64,000 nucleotides of DNA from Bacteroidetes bacterium MED-G20. GTDB lineage: Bacteria; Bacteroidota; Bacteroidia; Flavobacteriales_D; Parvicellaceae. The translations under genes were made by a program, and so were the position numbers. Positions 50,003 through 62,142 of the stretch are shown piece after piece; within the stretch, counting starts at the first letter, position 1, and each line of letters opens with the position of its first letter. The stretch covers positions 48,764-112,763 of the forward strand of contig CAJJCR010000005.1 in the NCBI GenBank assembly GCA_905182745.1. Direction: 5' to 3'. Under the pieces are notes generated by a model. That model ran no database searches, was not told the DNA's origin, and worked only from the letters and a program-made list of their open reading frames with translations.

Positions 50003-51880
50003 TTAGTTGTCTAAACTACTAAATTCAGAATTATTGCTTATAAATTCCGGGGCAATTAATTTCATAATTTTTACTATTTTATGATTTTCTTGGTTTTTTA
50101 CCAATTTAATTAAATCAATAATTAATTTATTAATTTTTTCATCGTCTATAGTTTTTACTTTTCCTATCATAATTTTTGGATGATGAGTTCCAATTGTATT
50201 TTCCTCATTTCCAAGAAGTTCTTCATACATTTTTTCACCAGGCCTAAGTCCTGTTATTTTTATTTTGATGTCTTTTTTACTTTCAATCCTGCTAATTGAA
50301 TCATTTTTTTTGCCAATTCAACTATTTTAATACTTTCTCCCATGTCAAAAACATATATTTCACCTCCTTTTCCCATATTACAAGCTTCTAGAACTAAACT
50401 ACAAGCTTCGGGAATTGTCATAAAATATCTTGTTACCTCTCTATGAGTAACAGTAATTGGCCCTCCACTTTCTAGTTGTTTTTTAAACAGAGGAATAACA
50501 GACCCATTACTTCCTAACACATTTCCAAATCGTGTTGTTATAAATTTTGTATTTGTAATTTTAGATACTGATTGACAGTACATTTCAGATATTCTTTTTG
50601 AAGCGCCCATTACATTAGTAGGGTTAACCGCTTTATCGGTAGAAATAAAAATGAATTTTTCAACATTGTTTTTAATAGAAAGATCAGCTAGTATTTTTGT
50701 GCCCTCAATATTAACTCTTACGGCTTCACTTGGATTAACTTCCATTAAAGGTACATGTTTATAGGCCGCAGCGTGAAAAACTATACTAGGTTTAAAATTT
50801 TTAAAAAGATTTTCCATTCTTTCTTTTCTAAGCTAATAAAATAAATTTCAAAATTATAATTTTTATTTTTTGATAATAATCCATGACTCAGATCATAAAT
50901 TCCGCTTTCAGATTGATCCAGTAAAATAACTTTTGTTGGTTTATACTTTAAGACTTGTCTGACTATTTCACTTCCAATTGATCCAGCTGCTCCAGTCACT
51001 AATATTATTTTATCATTAAATTCTTCTTTTATGGAGCTATTTAATAATTTTATTGGTTTTCTTCCCAATAAATCTTCAATTCTAATATTCTTTAGTTGCT
51101 TTGAAGAAAAATCTCCTTCAAACCAATCATCTAAACTAGGAACAATCTTAACATTTATATTCTCTTTAAGACACAGTTCTATCAATTTTCTTTTGTTTTT
51201 AACTTCTGGTTCTTTAATTGCAATTATAACAGCGTCAATTTTAGCGGTTTTTAATTTTTCTTTAAGACTGTAAGTATTTATAATTGTTTTTCCTTCAATT
51301 AGTAAGCCTTCTTTTTTTTGATCATCATCAATAAAGCCAATAATGTTGTATGAACCATTTTTATCTCTTTCCAAAGTTCTTTTTGTGACCATCCCCATCT
51401 TCCCAGATCCATAGATTAGAATATTTATTTTTTCATCATTTGTTTTCTTTTGATTGTTGTATATTAACTTGACTGCAAATCTTGAAGTCAACATGAAAAA
51501 CAAGGTGGCTAAATATTCAATAATTATAATAGACTTTGGTAAAATAGCAATACCGTCTAAAAAATAATATCTTATAAAAGAAATAATGAAGAGCGATAGA
51601 GTACCAGATGAAACTGTGTAAAATATTCTGAGAGTATCTTCATACGACAAGTGCCTGATAATTCTTTTGTGAGTTTTTCCTATTATAAACGTTAAATATC
51701 TAACTGTAATTAATGTTGGAATTCCCCATATTAAACTTTTATATTGTTTTATCAAGATTAGTCCAAAAGAATTATGAAATCAAATCTTATTAAATAAGCA
51801 AGAATTAAAGAAAGAATAGTTAAAAATATATCAAATAGAAGAATTAACTTTTTTGGAAAGTACCATTTGGGAAATTGCAT
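50003..51880 (-). pseudogene. CapD/PglF/WbpM-type membrane-anchored NDP-sugar 4,6-dehydratase, at least 3 interruptions
   Basis: [28 protein letters not shown]-terminal TM region (ATG at 51878-51880 by hand). Fragments 50781..51755, 50260..50817 and 50003..50230. Confidence 0.8.
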
Positions 51881-52030
51881 ATACAAATATAAGTTTTACT
51901 TTTATAATGGATCTTAAAATGTTATTTTAAAGTTTCATTTTTATAAAAGTTGTTTTTTCAAGACAAATTTTTAAAAACTTAGTTAGTTTTGCGCAATGTT
52001 ATTATTTGATTTCCATTTCTAAAAAAAAAA

Positions 52031-53197
52031 TTGAAAAGAATCCTTTATCTTTCCTATGACGGCATGACTGATCCTTTAGGTCAATCTCAGGTCTTGCCTT
52101 ACATAATTAATTTAAGTAAAGAAAATTATACTTTTCATTTAGTTAGTTTTGAAAAGCCAGAAAGATTTAACAAAAATAAATCTTTAATTAAAAAAATATG
52201 TTATGAAAATAATATAGAATGGCACCCTTTAAATTATACAAAAAACCCACCTGTATTGTCAACATTATGGGATTTGGCTAAACTAAATCAAAAAGTAAAG
52301 AAACTTGGTCGAAAAACTGCTTTTGATATGATTCATTGCAGAAGTTACATCCCCGCTATTTTTGGATTAAAATTTAAACGAAAGTGGAATGCAAAGTTGC
52401 TTTTTGACATGAGAGGGTTTTGGGCTGATGAAAGAGTTGATGGTATTTTGTGGAATAAAAATAAATTCCCATTTAATAAAATTTACAACTATTTTAAAAG
52501 AAAAGAAAAAGAACTTTTAATACATTCGGATCATACGATTTCATTAACTCATAATGGTAAAAACGAACTTTTATTGAATCCAGACAAAGATGATTACGCT
52601 CCTATTTCTGTGATTCCCTGTTGTGCAGATTTAAATTTATTTAAGCCTGTTAAGCGTGACTCAAATAGTTTTGTAATTGGTTATTTAGGTTCTTTAGGGA
52701 CATGGTATTTGGTTAAAAGAAATGTTAGTTTTTTTTAAAAAGATAAATGAAAAAATACCCGATTCTAAATTTCATTTTTTGACTAAAGATAATCCAGACA
52801 TTATTTTCGATCATTGTGATAAATTAGGTATTGACAGCGAGAACATTCATATTGAAGAAAGTGACAGAGAAGATATACCCTTTAAAACCCGAAATTGGAA
52901 TTTCTCATTATGTTTTATCAAGCCATCTTTCAGTAAAATATTCTCTTCGCCTACTAAACAAGGTGAGCTAATGGGAATGGGAATACCAATAATATGCAAT
53001 AGTGGAGTTGGTGATGTTGATTTTATTGTAGAAAAGTATTAATGACTCTGGTTTTAAAAGATCTAAAAAAAGTTAATTTTGCTATTATTTTAAATTCAAA
53101 TTTTAAAAAACAAAAATTAAATGAAGAGGCTAACCAATATTTTTCGCTTGAAAAAGGAGTTATGTCTTATCTTAAGATTTATCAGAAAATATGTTAA
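52031..53197 (+). CDS. GT4 (group 1) glycosyltransferase, two compensating frameshifts
   Basis: MKRILYLSYDGMTDPLGQSQVLPY.. N-terminus. ..PTKQGELMGMGIPIICNSGVGD.. The C-terminus ..QYFSLEKGVMSYLKIYQKIC was found by hand and ends at TAA 53195-53197. Confidence 0.7.
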
Positions 53198-53231
53198 GTT
53201 TAAATTTAATGAATCTAATTATATCAGTCTT

Positions 53232-54315
53232 TTGAAAAAAATTTTATTTCTTGGAAATGAATACTAGGCCCTGGTCAAAGATATAGGTTTGAGCAATTTT
53301 TTGATTTTTTAGAAACTAATGGTATTCAGTTTTACTTGGCTAATATTATTAATGAAAATGATGAGAAATATTTATATCATTCTAAAAATATTTTAAAAAA
53401 ATTAAAAATTGGTATTAAATCATTTATTAGAAGATGGAAACATTTAAAAGATATTGAAAGTTTTGATTTAGTTGTTATTTACAGAGAATCTGAATTCCAA
53501 CAAAATCTACTTTTTTTGAGAATTATATTTCAAAAAAAAATATACCAATGGTCTTTGATTTTGACGATGCAATTTGGATAAAGGATGTATCACATGTAAA
53601 TAAAAGAATCTCCTTTTTAAAAGATGAAAAAAAGATTGAAAAAATTATTCCGTTATGCAAGCATATAACTTGTGGTAATGAATATTTGGCAAATTATGCT
53701 TCAAAATTCAATTCAAATATTACCATTATTCCATCTACTGTTGATACAGATATTTATAAGCCTATTGAAAAACTAAACAAAAATGGCCAAGTAAAAATAG
53801 GGTGGGTTGGTAGTCACACCACTGTCAAACATTTTGAAATGATTACCGATGTTTATTTGAAATTAAAATCCAAATACCAATCTAAAATAGATTTTGTACT
53901 AATTGGTGATGAAAATTACACCCATGAAAAACTTGGAATAAAATTGCCTTAAATGGGAAAATAAAATGGAAGTTGAGTTATTTAATTCCTTTGATATAGG
54001 AATAATGCCTCTTCCTAATAATGAATGGGCAAAAGGCAAATGTGGAATGAAAGGGTTACTTTATATGTCTGTAGGAATACCATCTGTAATGTCAAATGTT
54101 GGAATGAATAAAGATATTATTGAACATGGTGTAAATGGTTTTTTACCAGTCGGATGATGAAGCAGTGGATTGAAGTATCTGTCAAAACTCATTGAAGACA
54201 AAGAATTAAGAAATAAAATAGGGGATAAGTGGACGTGATACTGTTACTAGAAAAGTATTCTAAAAACGTAATTAAAAACACTTATTTAGATTTGTATGCT
54301 TACAGCATGGAATAA
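53232..54315 (+). pseudogene. GT4 (group 1) glycosyltransferase, at least 4 interruptions
   Basis: By hand: (L)KKILFLGNE.., ..QRYRFEQFFDFLETNGIQFY.., ..NIPMVFDFDDAIWIKD.., ..IGWVGSHTT.., ..[38 protein letters not shown].., ending ..NTYLDLYAYSME at TAA 54313-54315. Confidence 0.6.
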
Positions 54316-54319
54316 ATTA

Positions 54320-55407
54320 ATGAAAAAAACAGCACTATTTAAAAAGCATATTGATCTAGGAGCAAAAATGGTTCCTTTTGCAGGGTATGAGATGCCAGTT
54401 CAATATTCTGGTGTCAATTCGGAACATATAAATGTTAGAGAAAATGTTGGTGTATTTGATGTTTCTCACATGGGTGAGTTTTTGGTTAAAGGAGTAAACG
54501 CACTAAAATTAATTCAGAAAATATCTAGTAACGATGCCTCTGTATTGTTTCCTGGAAGAGCTCAATATGCCTATTTTCCAAATAATAACGGAGGAATAGT
54601 GGATGACATGATTACTTATATGATAGATGAAAATCATTATATGTTGGTAGTTAATGCCTCAAATATTGAAAAAGATTGGGAATGGATAAACCGGCAGAAT
54701 AATTGTAATGCTCAATTAGAAAATATTTCTGATAAAACTTCCTTAATTGCTGTTCAAGGACCTAAAGCCACAGAGTTATTACAAGAATTTACAGACTTAA
54801 ATCTATCTGAAATAAAATTTTACCATTTTATGAATGGTAATTTTTCTGTTTTCAAAGATGTTATTTTCTCTGCAACTGGTTATACAGGTTCTGGCGGTTT
54901 TGAGCTGTATGTTCCTAACGAAATTGCAGAAGATATTTGGGATTTAATTTTTAATTCAAATAGTAAATTTGGAGTTCTTCCTGCTGGTTTGGCCTCAAGA
55001 GATACATTAAGACTGGAAATGGGATATTGTTTGTATGGAAATGACATTAACGACAATACTTCACCTATTTCCGCTGGACTTGGATGGGTAACTAAATTTT
55101 CCAAATCATTTATAAGTGATGATTTAATTAAAAAAGACAGAGAATAACCAATAAATATAAACTAGTTGCTTTTGAGTTGTTAGAAAGAGGAATTCCAAGA
55201 AAAGACTATGAAATTCAGGATGTAAATGGAGTTCAGATTGGTCATGTCACGTCTGGAACAATGGGTCCTTCAGTTGGAAAAGCAATTGGAATGGGCTACG
55301 TAAAATCTAATTATTCAGAATTGGGAAATAAAATATTTTTAAAAATTAGAAATAAACCTATTTCAGCACAATTAGTTAAGTTACCTTTTTATAAAAAAAA
55401 TGATTAG
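54320..55407 (+). CDS. gcvT: glycine cleavage system aminomethyltransferase T, one frameshift near 55147-55177
   Basis: MKKTALFKKHIDLGAKMVPFAGYEMPVQY.., ..GVFDVSHMGEF.., ..TGYTGSGGFELY.., and the C-terminal fragment ..RGIPRKDYEI..VTSGTMGPSVGKAIGMGYV. Confidence 0.9.
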
Positions 55408-56122
55408 TAAGCCTAAAGTAGAAGTTTGCTTCACTCCAAATCTTTTCCCCCTTTATGCTGAGGATTTTGAAGTAGTAGTTGTAATCGATGTTCTTAGAGC
55501 AACTTCTGCTATATGTACTGCTTTTCATTATGGTGTAGAAAAAATAATCCCTGTTAGTACTCTACAAGAAGCCAAAGAATATAAAAATAAAGGTTTCCAT
55601 GTTGCTGCAGAAAGAAAAGGTAAAATTGTTGATGGTTTCGATTATGGAAATTCTCCATTAAGTTATAGAAATGATAAGTTAAAGGGAGAAACATTAGTTT
55701 TTACTACTACTAATGGAACCAAAGCAATAAATATTGCAAAGGATATAGAACACTTATTAATAGGTTCATTATTGAACTTAAATGCCATCTGTAAATACCT
55801 TATAAATCTTAATAAAAGTGTATTAATACTTGGTTCAGGCTGGCAGAATAAATTTTGTTTAGAAGATACTATATGTGCAGGAGCAATTAGTGAAAACTTA
55901 CTTAAGACAAACAATTTTGAAAGTTTTAATGATTCAACTATTGCTGCTAAGTATCTTTACTTATCTGCTAGAACTAATTTTTTTGGATATCTAAAGGCAT
56001 CTTCTCATAGAAAACGACTAAAAAAGTTAAATCTAAATGAAGATATTAAATACTGTTTGACTGCCAATCAAACGGATGTTATCCCCTACAGAGAAGACTA
56101 TTATTTAAAAAAGCTTTCCTGA
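55400..56122 (+). CDS. 2-phosphosulfolactate phosphatase (ComB) family protein
   Basis: 240 aa. ..VVVVIDVLRATSAI.. and ..FDYGNSP.. are typical of the family. 8-nt overlap with gcvT. Confidence 0.7.
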   Translation: MISKPKVEVCFTPNLFPLYAEDFEVVVVIDVLRATSAICTAFHYGVEKIIPVSTLQEAKEYKNKGFHVAAERKGKIVDGFDYGNSPLSYRNDKLKGETLVFTTTNGTKAINIAKDIEHLLIGSLLNLNAICKYLINLNKSVLILGSGWQNKFCLEDTICAGAISENLLKTNNFESFNDSTIAAKYLYLSARTNFFGYLKASSHRKRLKKLNLNEDIKYCLTANQTDVIPYREDYYLKKLS

Positions 56123-56127
56123 AATAA

Positions 56128-56880
56128 ATGAAGATCATTCTCTCTCCAACTAAAACCATGATGAATTCACAATTTAAAATTGAAGATTCACCTAGCTCTA
56201 TGCCTTTTTTTCAAAAAGAGTCAAAAAATATTCATCAATTATTAAAAGGTTTTCCAAAGCAGAAGATTAAAAGCTTAATGAAATTAAGTGAAAATCTAAA
56301 TATCCAAACTATCAAAGATATTCAACTTTGGGATTCTGTAAAGTCCTATAAAACACATGCTGTATATGCATACCAAGGTACCTCTTTTAAATACTTAGAA
56401 CCTCAAAAATGGAAATTATCAGATGCTGACTATGCTCAAAATCATTTGTTAATTTTAAGCGGCCTTTATGGAGTTCTTCGTCCCTTTGACTTGATAAATA
56501 AATATAGATTAGAAATGGGTATAAAATTCCAATTGGAGTCAAGTAAAAGCTTAACCCAGTTTTGGAAAGATAAAATGACTACCTACTTTAATTCTTTCAA
56601 AGAAAATAATTTCATAATAAATTTAGCAAGTAAAGAGTATTCCAATGTCTTGGAAACGTCAAGTCTTAACAGCACTATTATAGATTGTATTTTTCACGAA
56701 AAATCTAACAATTCATTGAAGGTGGTAGGAAGCTATTCAAAAGCGGCAAGAGGAAGTATGGCAAACTTTATTGTAAAAAATAAATAGAAAGTATTGAATG
56801 ATTATAAAGATTTAGCTGAAATGGGATATAATTTCTTATCAAATGAATCTAGCAATACTAAGTTAGTATTTGTTAGGTAA
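56128..56880 (+). CDS. yaaA: YaaA/UPF0246 (DUF328) peroxide-stress family protein with an in-frame TAG at 56785-56787
   Basis: MKIILSPTKTM.. N-terminus. Past the TAG the same frame continues KVLNDYKDLAEMGYNFLSNESSNTKLVFVR, matching the family C-terminus. Total 251 codons. Confidence 0.8.
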
Positions 56881-56882
56881 AA

Positions 56883-57851
56883 TTATTTTTTAAAATTTGC
56901 AAAGTCCTTTGCAAAATATGTCAAAATTATATCGGCACCAGCTCTTTTAATACTTGTAAGAACTTCGGTAAATGTATCTTCATAATTCAACCACCTTTTT
57001 TCTGCAGCTGCATGTACCATGGCATATTCACCACTTACATTATAAGCACTGACAGGAAGGTTAGAATTTTTTTTAATTGTTTGAATTTCATCGAAGTAGC
57101 TTAAAGCTGGTTTGACCATTAAAATATCTGCTCCCTCAAGTTCATCTAATTCAGCTTCAATAAGACTTTCACTTTTATTTCTTGGATCCATCTGATAGGT
57201 TTTCTTATCTCCTTGTTTAGGTGCTGAATCTAACGCATCTCTAAATGGACCATAAAATGCACTTGCATATTTGGCAGTATAACTCATTATACTTGTACTT
57301 GTAAATTGATTTTCATCTAATATTTCTCTAATAGCACCAACTCTACCGTCCATCATATCAGAAGGGCCAATTATATCAATTCCAGCTTCTGCTTGAGCAA
57401 GAGCCATTTTGCAAAGTATTTCAAGAGATTGGTCGTTATCAATACTACCATCTATTACTAACCCATCGTGTCCATCTGTAGAATAAGGATCCATAGCAAC
57501 ATCGCTCATTATAGTGAATTCTGGAAATTTACTTTTAATAGTTTGAATGGCTTTCAAGTAAAAATTCTTGGAACTGTAACTGTAAGTAGCTTTTTTGTCT
57601 TTGTGATGATTCTCCACAGCAGGAAATAGTACAAAATTATTGATACCTAGTTTCCCACAAACTTCAATTTCTTTAAGCAATAAATCTATTGTCCATCGAA
57701 AACAATTTGGCATAGATTTAATAGGTAACTTTTTATTTACTCCATCTACAATAAAAAGAGGATAAATTAAGTCCTGTTTATTAAGATTGGTCTCAGCAAC
57801 CATTTCTCTAATATTTGCTGATTTTCTGTTCCTTCTTGGTCTTTGATTCAT
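56883..57851 (-). CDS. hemB: porphobilinogen synthase (delta-aminolevulinate dehydratase)
   Basis: 322 aa. ..RPRRNR.., ..MVKPALSY.. (Schiff-base Lys), ..YNVSGEYAM.. Confidence 0.95.
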   Translation of the reverse strand: MNQRPRRNRKSANIREMVAETNLNKQDLIYPLFIVDGVNKKLPIKSMPNCFRWTIDLLLKEIEVCGKLGINNFVLFPAVENHHKDKKATYSYSSKNFYLKAIQTIKSKFPEFTIMSDVAMDPYSTDGHDGLVIDGSIDNDQSLEILCKMALAQAEAGIDIIGPSDMMDGRVGAIREILDENQFTSTSIMSYTAKYASAFYGPFRDALDSAPKQGDKKTYQMDPRNKSESLIEAELDELEGADILMVKPALSYFDEIQTIKKNSNLPVSAYNVSGEYAMVHAAAEKRWLNYEDTFTEVLTSIKRAGADIILTYFAKDFANFKK

Positions 57852-58956
57852 TTACTTTAAGTAGTTAAAAGTCTGATCTTTTTTAAGGGAAATTAAGGTT
57901 TGATAAATTAATTCTATAACCGAGTTAACATCGTCCTTGTCGAACACATTTCTACTGTTGTATGCATGTATCTTAGAGGCAAGTGATATTAGAGCAGAAG
58001 CAACACCCATATTTGAGTAAGCAAATGCATCGGTGTCTGTTCCTGTAACTCCTCGAGGCTGCTAGTCTTTGAAAGTCAATTTTATTTTTTTTGGCTTGGT
58101 CAATTATAAATTTTAATAGGTTATTTTGAACTGCTGGTCCATAAGTCAGAACAGGTCCTTTTCCGGATGATAAATCTCCTTCCACTACCTTTTTAATCAT
58201 TGGCGTATTGGTGTCGTGACAAACATCTGTAACTATTGCTACATCTGGTTTAATTCTTTCTGCAATCATTTGGGCTCCTCTTAGACCAATTTCTTCTTGT
58301 ACAGCATTGGTAATGTAAAGTCCAAATGGAAGTTTTACTTTGTTTTCATGCAATAGCCTAGCAACTTCAGCAATCATAAATCCACCCATTCTGTTATCAA
58401 GAGCTCTTCCAACATAATTAGATTTATTTAATACCATAAATTCATCTTCATAGGTTACAACACACCAACATGAGCACCTCCGAGGGCTTCTACTTCTTTT
58501 TTGTTTCCACAACCACAGTCTAAAAATATATTATCTGTTTTAGGAGATTCTTCTTTTACTCCACCACGTCTAGTATGGATTGCAGGCCATCCAAAGACAG
58601 CTTTAACCATTCCTTTATCTGTATGAATATTTACACGTTTTGATGGTGCAATTTGGTGATCACTTCCTCCATTTCTTTTTAAATAGATAAATCCTTTTTC
58701 TGTGATATAGTGAACAAACCAAGAAATTTCATCTGCATGAGCTTCTATAACTACTTTATATTTAGCCTCTGGAGTTTATTACTCCAACTACCGATCCATA
58801 GGTATCTACAATGTGAGAATCTATGTAAGGTTTAATGTACTCAAGCCAAACTTTCTGTCCTGCACTTTCAAAACCAGTAGGGGAAGCTGTATTTAGGTAT
58901 TTTTCTAGAAATTTCTCTGAATTTTTAGAAATATGGTTAATTTTCTTTTTTGCCAT
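57852..58956 (-). pseudogene. M42-family aminopeptidase (FrvX/endoglucanase-like), at least 3 interruptions
   Basis: N-terminus ..FLEKYLNTASPTGFESAGQKVWLEYI.. Core ..GRALDNRMGGFMIAEVARLL..VQEEIGLRGA.. The C-terminus ..GTGTDTDAFAYSNMGVASALISLASK.. was recovered by hand. Its stop TAA abuts the hemB ATG. Confidence 0.75.
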
Positions 58957-58961
58957 TTATA

Positions 58962-59720
58962 TTAAAATAGTTTTTTCTTTTTCTTTTCAAATAATAAAAA
59001 ATTCACTCCAAAGTCAAAGTCCTGAGATAAATTTTTGAAATCACCAATTGCAGCTCCAGTTATTAATTTTTGGCCCTGTTCAATCAAAAAATCAAAACCA
59101 ATTGATATTTTATCAGTTAGATGTATCATTCCAGCTCCATAGTGAATCCCCAATCAATTTTATCTATCCTTCAGTTGCCATCTCATATTAGGAACATTAA
59201 TGCTGCATTAACTTTGATCTATTTTTTATAAAAACGAAATATGGTCCGAAAATTATATCAAATTTAATTTTTTCCAAATCCTAATGAAAAAATGCAGGAA
59301 ATCAAAGTAATTTAAATTGTTTAGTTATGACCTGTTAGTATGGTAAGTATTGTCATTTCAGTTCAATATTGCGTGTCAAATTAGATACCTCAAAACCTTT
59401 GCTGCAATAGTCAAAATCACCTTTAATACATAAGAAATCTATTAAAATTATATACTATAGTTCCACCATATAAATTACCTAATTTGCTTGCGTTATCAAA
59501 ATTTACTCCATTCACTGATTTGAAATCTCTTAAATTAGCAATGTTAAGACCACCGTTTAGTCCAACTTGTAATCTGTGAACCTTATTCTTTCTTATCTTT
59601 TTTGTCATTGTCATCTTTTAATAATTTTATTTCACTTATAATTTTATTGTAATCGGTATAATTATCTTGACAAAAACCCATAATTGGAAGTAATGTTAAG
59701 AGGTAAATAATTTTTTTCAT
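58962..59720 (-). pseudogene. heavily degraded outer-membrane beta-barrel (OMP_b-brl-like) gene
   Basis: ATG at 59718-59720 gives MKKIIYLLTLLPIMGFCQ. Only fragments remain (..LQVGLNGGLNIANL.., ..GIHYGAGMIHLTDKISIGFDF..), separated by several stops and frameshifts within about 750 bp. Confidence 0.45.
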
Positions 59721-59905
59721 GATGGTTGTTTTTTTGTAATAATTTTAGATTGACTATTTATCAACTTTTATAAAAATAACAAATATTAGTGCTAATTAAA
59801 AGAAAGTTGAATAATAACATTTTAAAATATTAAATATTCTTTTATAATTATCAATTTAAATTGTAAACATTCTTCATAATCTTTCTTGATTTTGTAATTT
59901 TGATT

Positions 59906-60637
59906 ATGCAAAAAATAGTTAAACCATACGATAACTCCTTCTTATCAAAAAAACAACAAGTTGAAAAGATGTTTGACAACATTTCAAGTAATTATGATTT
60001 TTTGAATCATTTCTTGAGTTTTGGGATTGATCATATTTGGAGAAGAAAAACTATTCGTTTAATGCAATCTAAAAATCCTAAAGTTATTTTAGATGTTGCA
60101 ACTGGTACAGGAGATTTAGCTTTTGCAGCTTATAAAAAATTAAATCCAGATAAAATTATTGGATTAGACCTTTCTAACGGAATGTTGGAAGTTGGTAGAA
60201 ATAAGATAAAGAAAAAAAAATTAGAAGATAAATTAGAGTTTGTTCAAGGGCGATTCCGAAAACTTACCTTTTAAAGACAATTTTTTTGACTCTGTAATGG
60301 TCAGTTTTGGGGTTAGAAATTTTGAAAATTTAAATATGGGTTTAAAAGAAATTTTTAGAGTTTTAAAACCAGTGGAAGTGTCTATATATTAGAGTTTTCC
60401 AAACCAAAAAATTTCCAATAAACAATGTTTGGTTCTGATTCCAAAGCTGATTTTACCTCTTTTAGGAAGTTTTATTTCCAAAGATAAGTCTGCCTATCAT
60501 TACCTTCCAGCTTCTGTGGATGCTTTTCCAGAAGGAAAGAATTTTACCAATGAATTAGATCATGTAGGTTTTTCTAATTCTCACTTAAAACTTTGTCTGG
60601 AGGAATTTCTTCAATATATATGGCTGAAAAACCTTAG
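59906..60637 (+). pseudogene. ubiE: demethylmenaquinone/ubiquinone methyltransferase UbiE/MenG, at least 3 interruptions
   Basis: ..VEKMFDNISSNYDFLNHFLSFGIDHIWRRK.., SAM motif VLDVATGTGDLAF, ..[16 protein letters not shown].., ..[27 protein letters not shown].. The ending ..[12 protein letters not shown] at TAG 60635-60637 was found by hand. Confidence 0.8.
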
Positions 60638-60669
60638 TTCAAAAGCTCTTTTATTATATTTGCTTATAA

Positions 60670-61394
60670 ATGAAAAGTATCATTTTATTTCTTCTATTTC
60701 AATCTTGTATTTTCTTTGCTTTAGTCAAACTACAAATCTTAGGAATTTTGATGATAAACCATTTCATTTTGGTTTTGCACTTGGTTTTAATCAGCCAGGT
60801 TTTTATTTGGAAAAAAAGTCAAGTCATATTTTTACTTGATGACTCATTACAGTCATTGCTGGTTAACTCTAAAGGTGGTTTCACTCTAGGTGTAATTACA
60901 TCTTTAAACATTAACCAAAATTTTAAAATAAGATTTGTTTTACCTTCTCTTTCATTTCAAGAAAGTGAAATGGAATACACCTACTTAAATCCCTCAAATT
61001 TTGAGCAAACTATTTATGTGAAGTCACTAAGACCAGTATATCTAGACTTTCCAGTTCTTTTTAAATTCAGAACAAATAGAATAAATAATTTTGCAGTTTA
61101 TGGGATTTCAGGTCTTAGATATGGAATTGATATGTCCTCAAAATTGGTGTAGATAATGGAGGTGAAGCAGAAGAAGAACAAATTATTATACTAAAAAAGT
61201 ACGATTTTGGATCTGAAATTGGTGGTGGAGTGGATTTATTCTTAGAATATTTTAAATTGGGTATTGAATTAAAATTAGGTAGTGGAATGAGAAATATACA
61301 TTACACTAAAGCTGGTGAAGAAACAAAATTTGACAACGCTATAGAGTCGTTAAAATCTAGAGTGTGGACACTTTCATTTACTTTTGAGGGTTAA
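60670..61394 (+). pseudogene. porT: PorT-family outer-membrane protein (T9SS-associated), about 3 interruptions
   Basis: Combining frames gives [106 protein letters not shown]...VDLFLEYFKLGIELKLG..VWTLSFTFEG. Confidence 0.65.
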
Positions 61395-62113
61395 TTTTTT
61401 TCCCATCTCGTTCAATATTATGCCTGTTGCAACACTTACATTTAAAGATTCTGCTTTTCCATAACCTGGAATTCTAATAGTATTATTTAGATTATCCTTA
61501 ATATTTCTTTAGAAATCCCGTTAGATTCATTTCCAATTACAATTATAGATTTATCCTTGAGCATTACAGAACCAATATTTTCACCATCCAAAGTTGTTCC
61601 ATAAGTAACATGTCCTGGAAAAAATTTTTGAAAATCGGTAAAGTCAATGTAATGACAATTAATTCTAAAAATAGAACCCATACTAGCCATCACTGTCTTA
61701 TTGTTAAAACAATCTACAGTATTTTCTGAGCAAAATACTTGTTTATAACCAAACCAGTCAAGAGTTCTTATAATAGTTCCTAAATTTCCAGGGTCATTAA
61801 CGTTGTCTAGGAAAATTAATGGCTTTTTGTCCTTAATATTAATTTTGAAAATTGGTATTTTACATATTGCAACTACATTACTTGGGCTTTTCAAATGACT
61901 TATTCTTTCAATTTCTTTTTTTGAACATAAGGTAGATAAGGGAAATTCGTTTTGAAGATTTTTAGTTGCAAAAATAGACTCGTATTCAAAATCATTTTTT
62001 ATAAGTTCTTTACAAATTTTCTCACCTTCAACTACGAATAATTGATGTTCCAGTCTTTTTATTTTCCGATTAAGAGAACTATATTTTTTTAAATCGTTAT
62101 TGCTGATGGTCAT
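61374..62113 (-). CDS. TrmH/SpoU-family RNA 2'-O-methyltransferase, one frameshift near 61490
   Basis: ..NVNDPGNLGTIIRTLDWFG.., ..IVIGNESNGISKEIL.., then by hand ..NTIRIPGYGKAESLNVSVATGIILNEM. The exact 3' end is uncertain because an A7 run (about 61395-61401) precedes the stop. Confidence 0.75.
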
Positions 62114-62142
62114 ATTGTTACTTTTGTAATGTGAACACTAAG

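Noticed and set aside
50003-54315. The polysaccharide cluster (capD plus two GT4 genes) as a horizontally acquired island.
   Set aside because: There are no flanking mobility genes or repeats, and by eye the composition does not differ from the surroundings. Its high break density matches the neighbouring housekeeping genes.
1407-59038. About 40 ORF-track entries of 60-110 aa lying antisense to, or out of frame within, well-supported genes. Examples: 1407..1679, 5538..5879, 7282..7509, 7571..7801, 10149..10343, 16965..17304, 18322..18757, 20646..21404, 22659..23180, 24018..24215, 27080..27883, 28567..28800, 29224..29561, 30318..32539, 33997..34257, 35236..35421, 36271..36568, 37889..38125, 39170..39412, 40473..40688, 41723..41935, 45519..45731, 46322..46597, 48189..48395, 49413..49649, 51031..51273, 54880..55104, 55663..55914 and 58835..59038.
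   Set aside because: They overlap genes with clear family motifs, and their translations are low-complexity or hydrophobic with no recognisable motifs. They are best read as shadow ORFs rather than genes.
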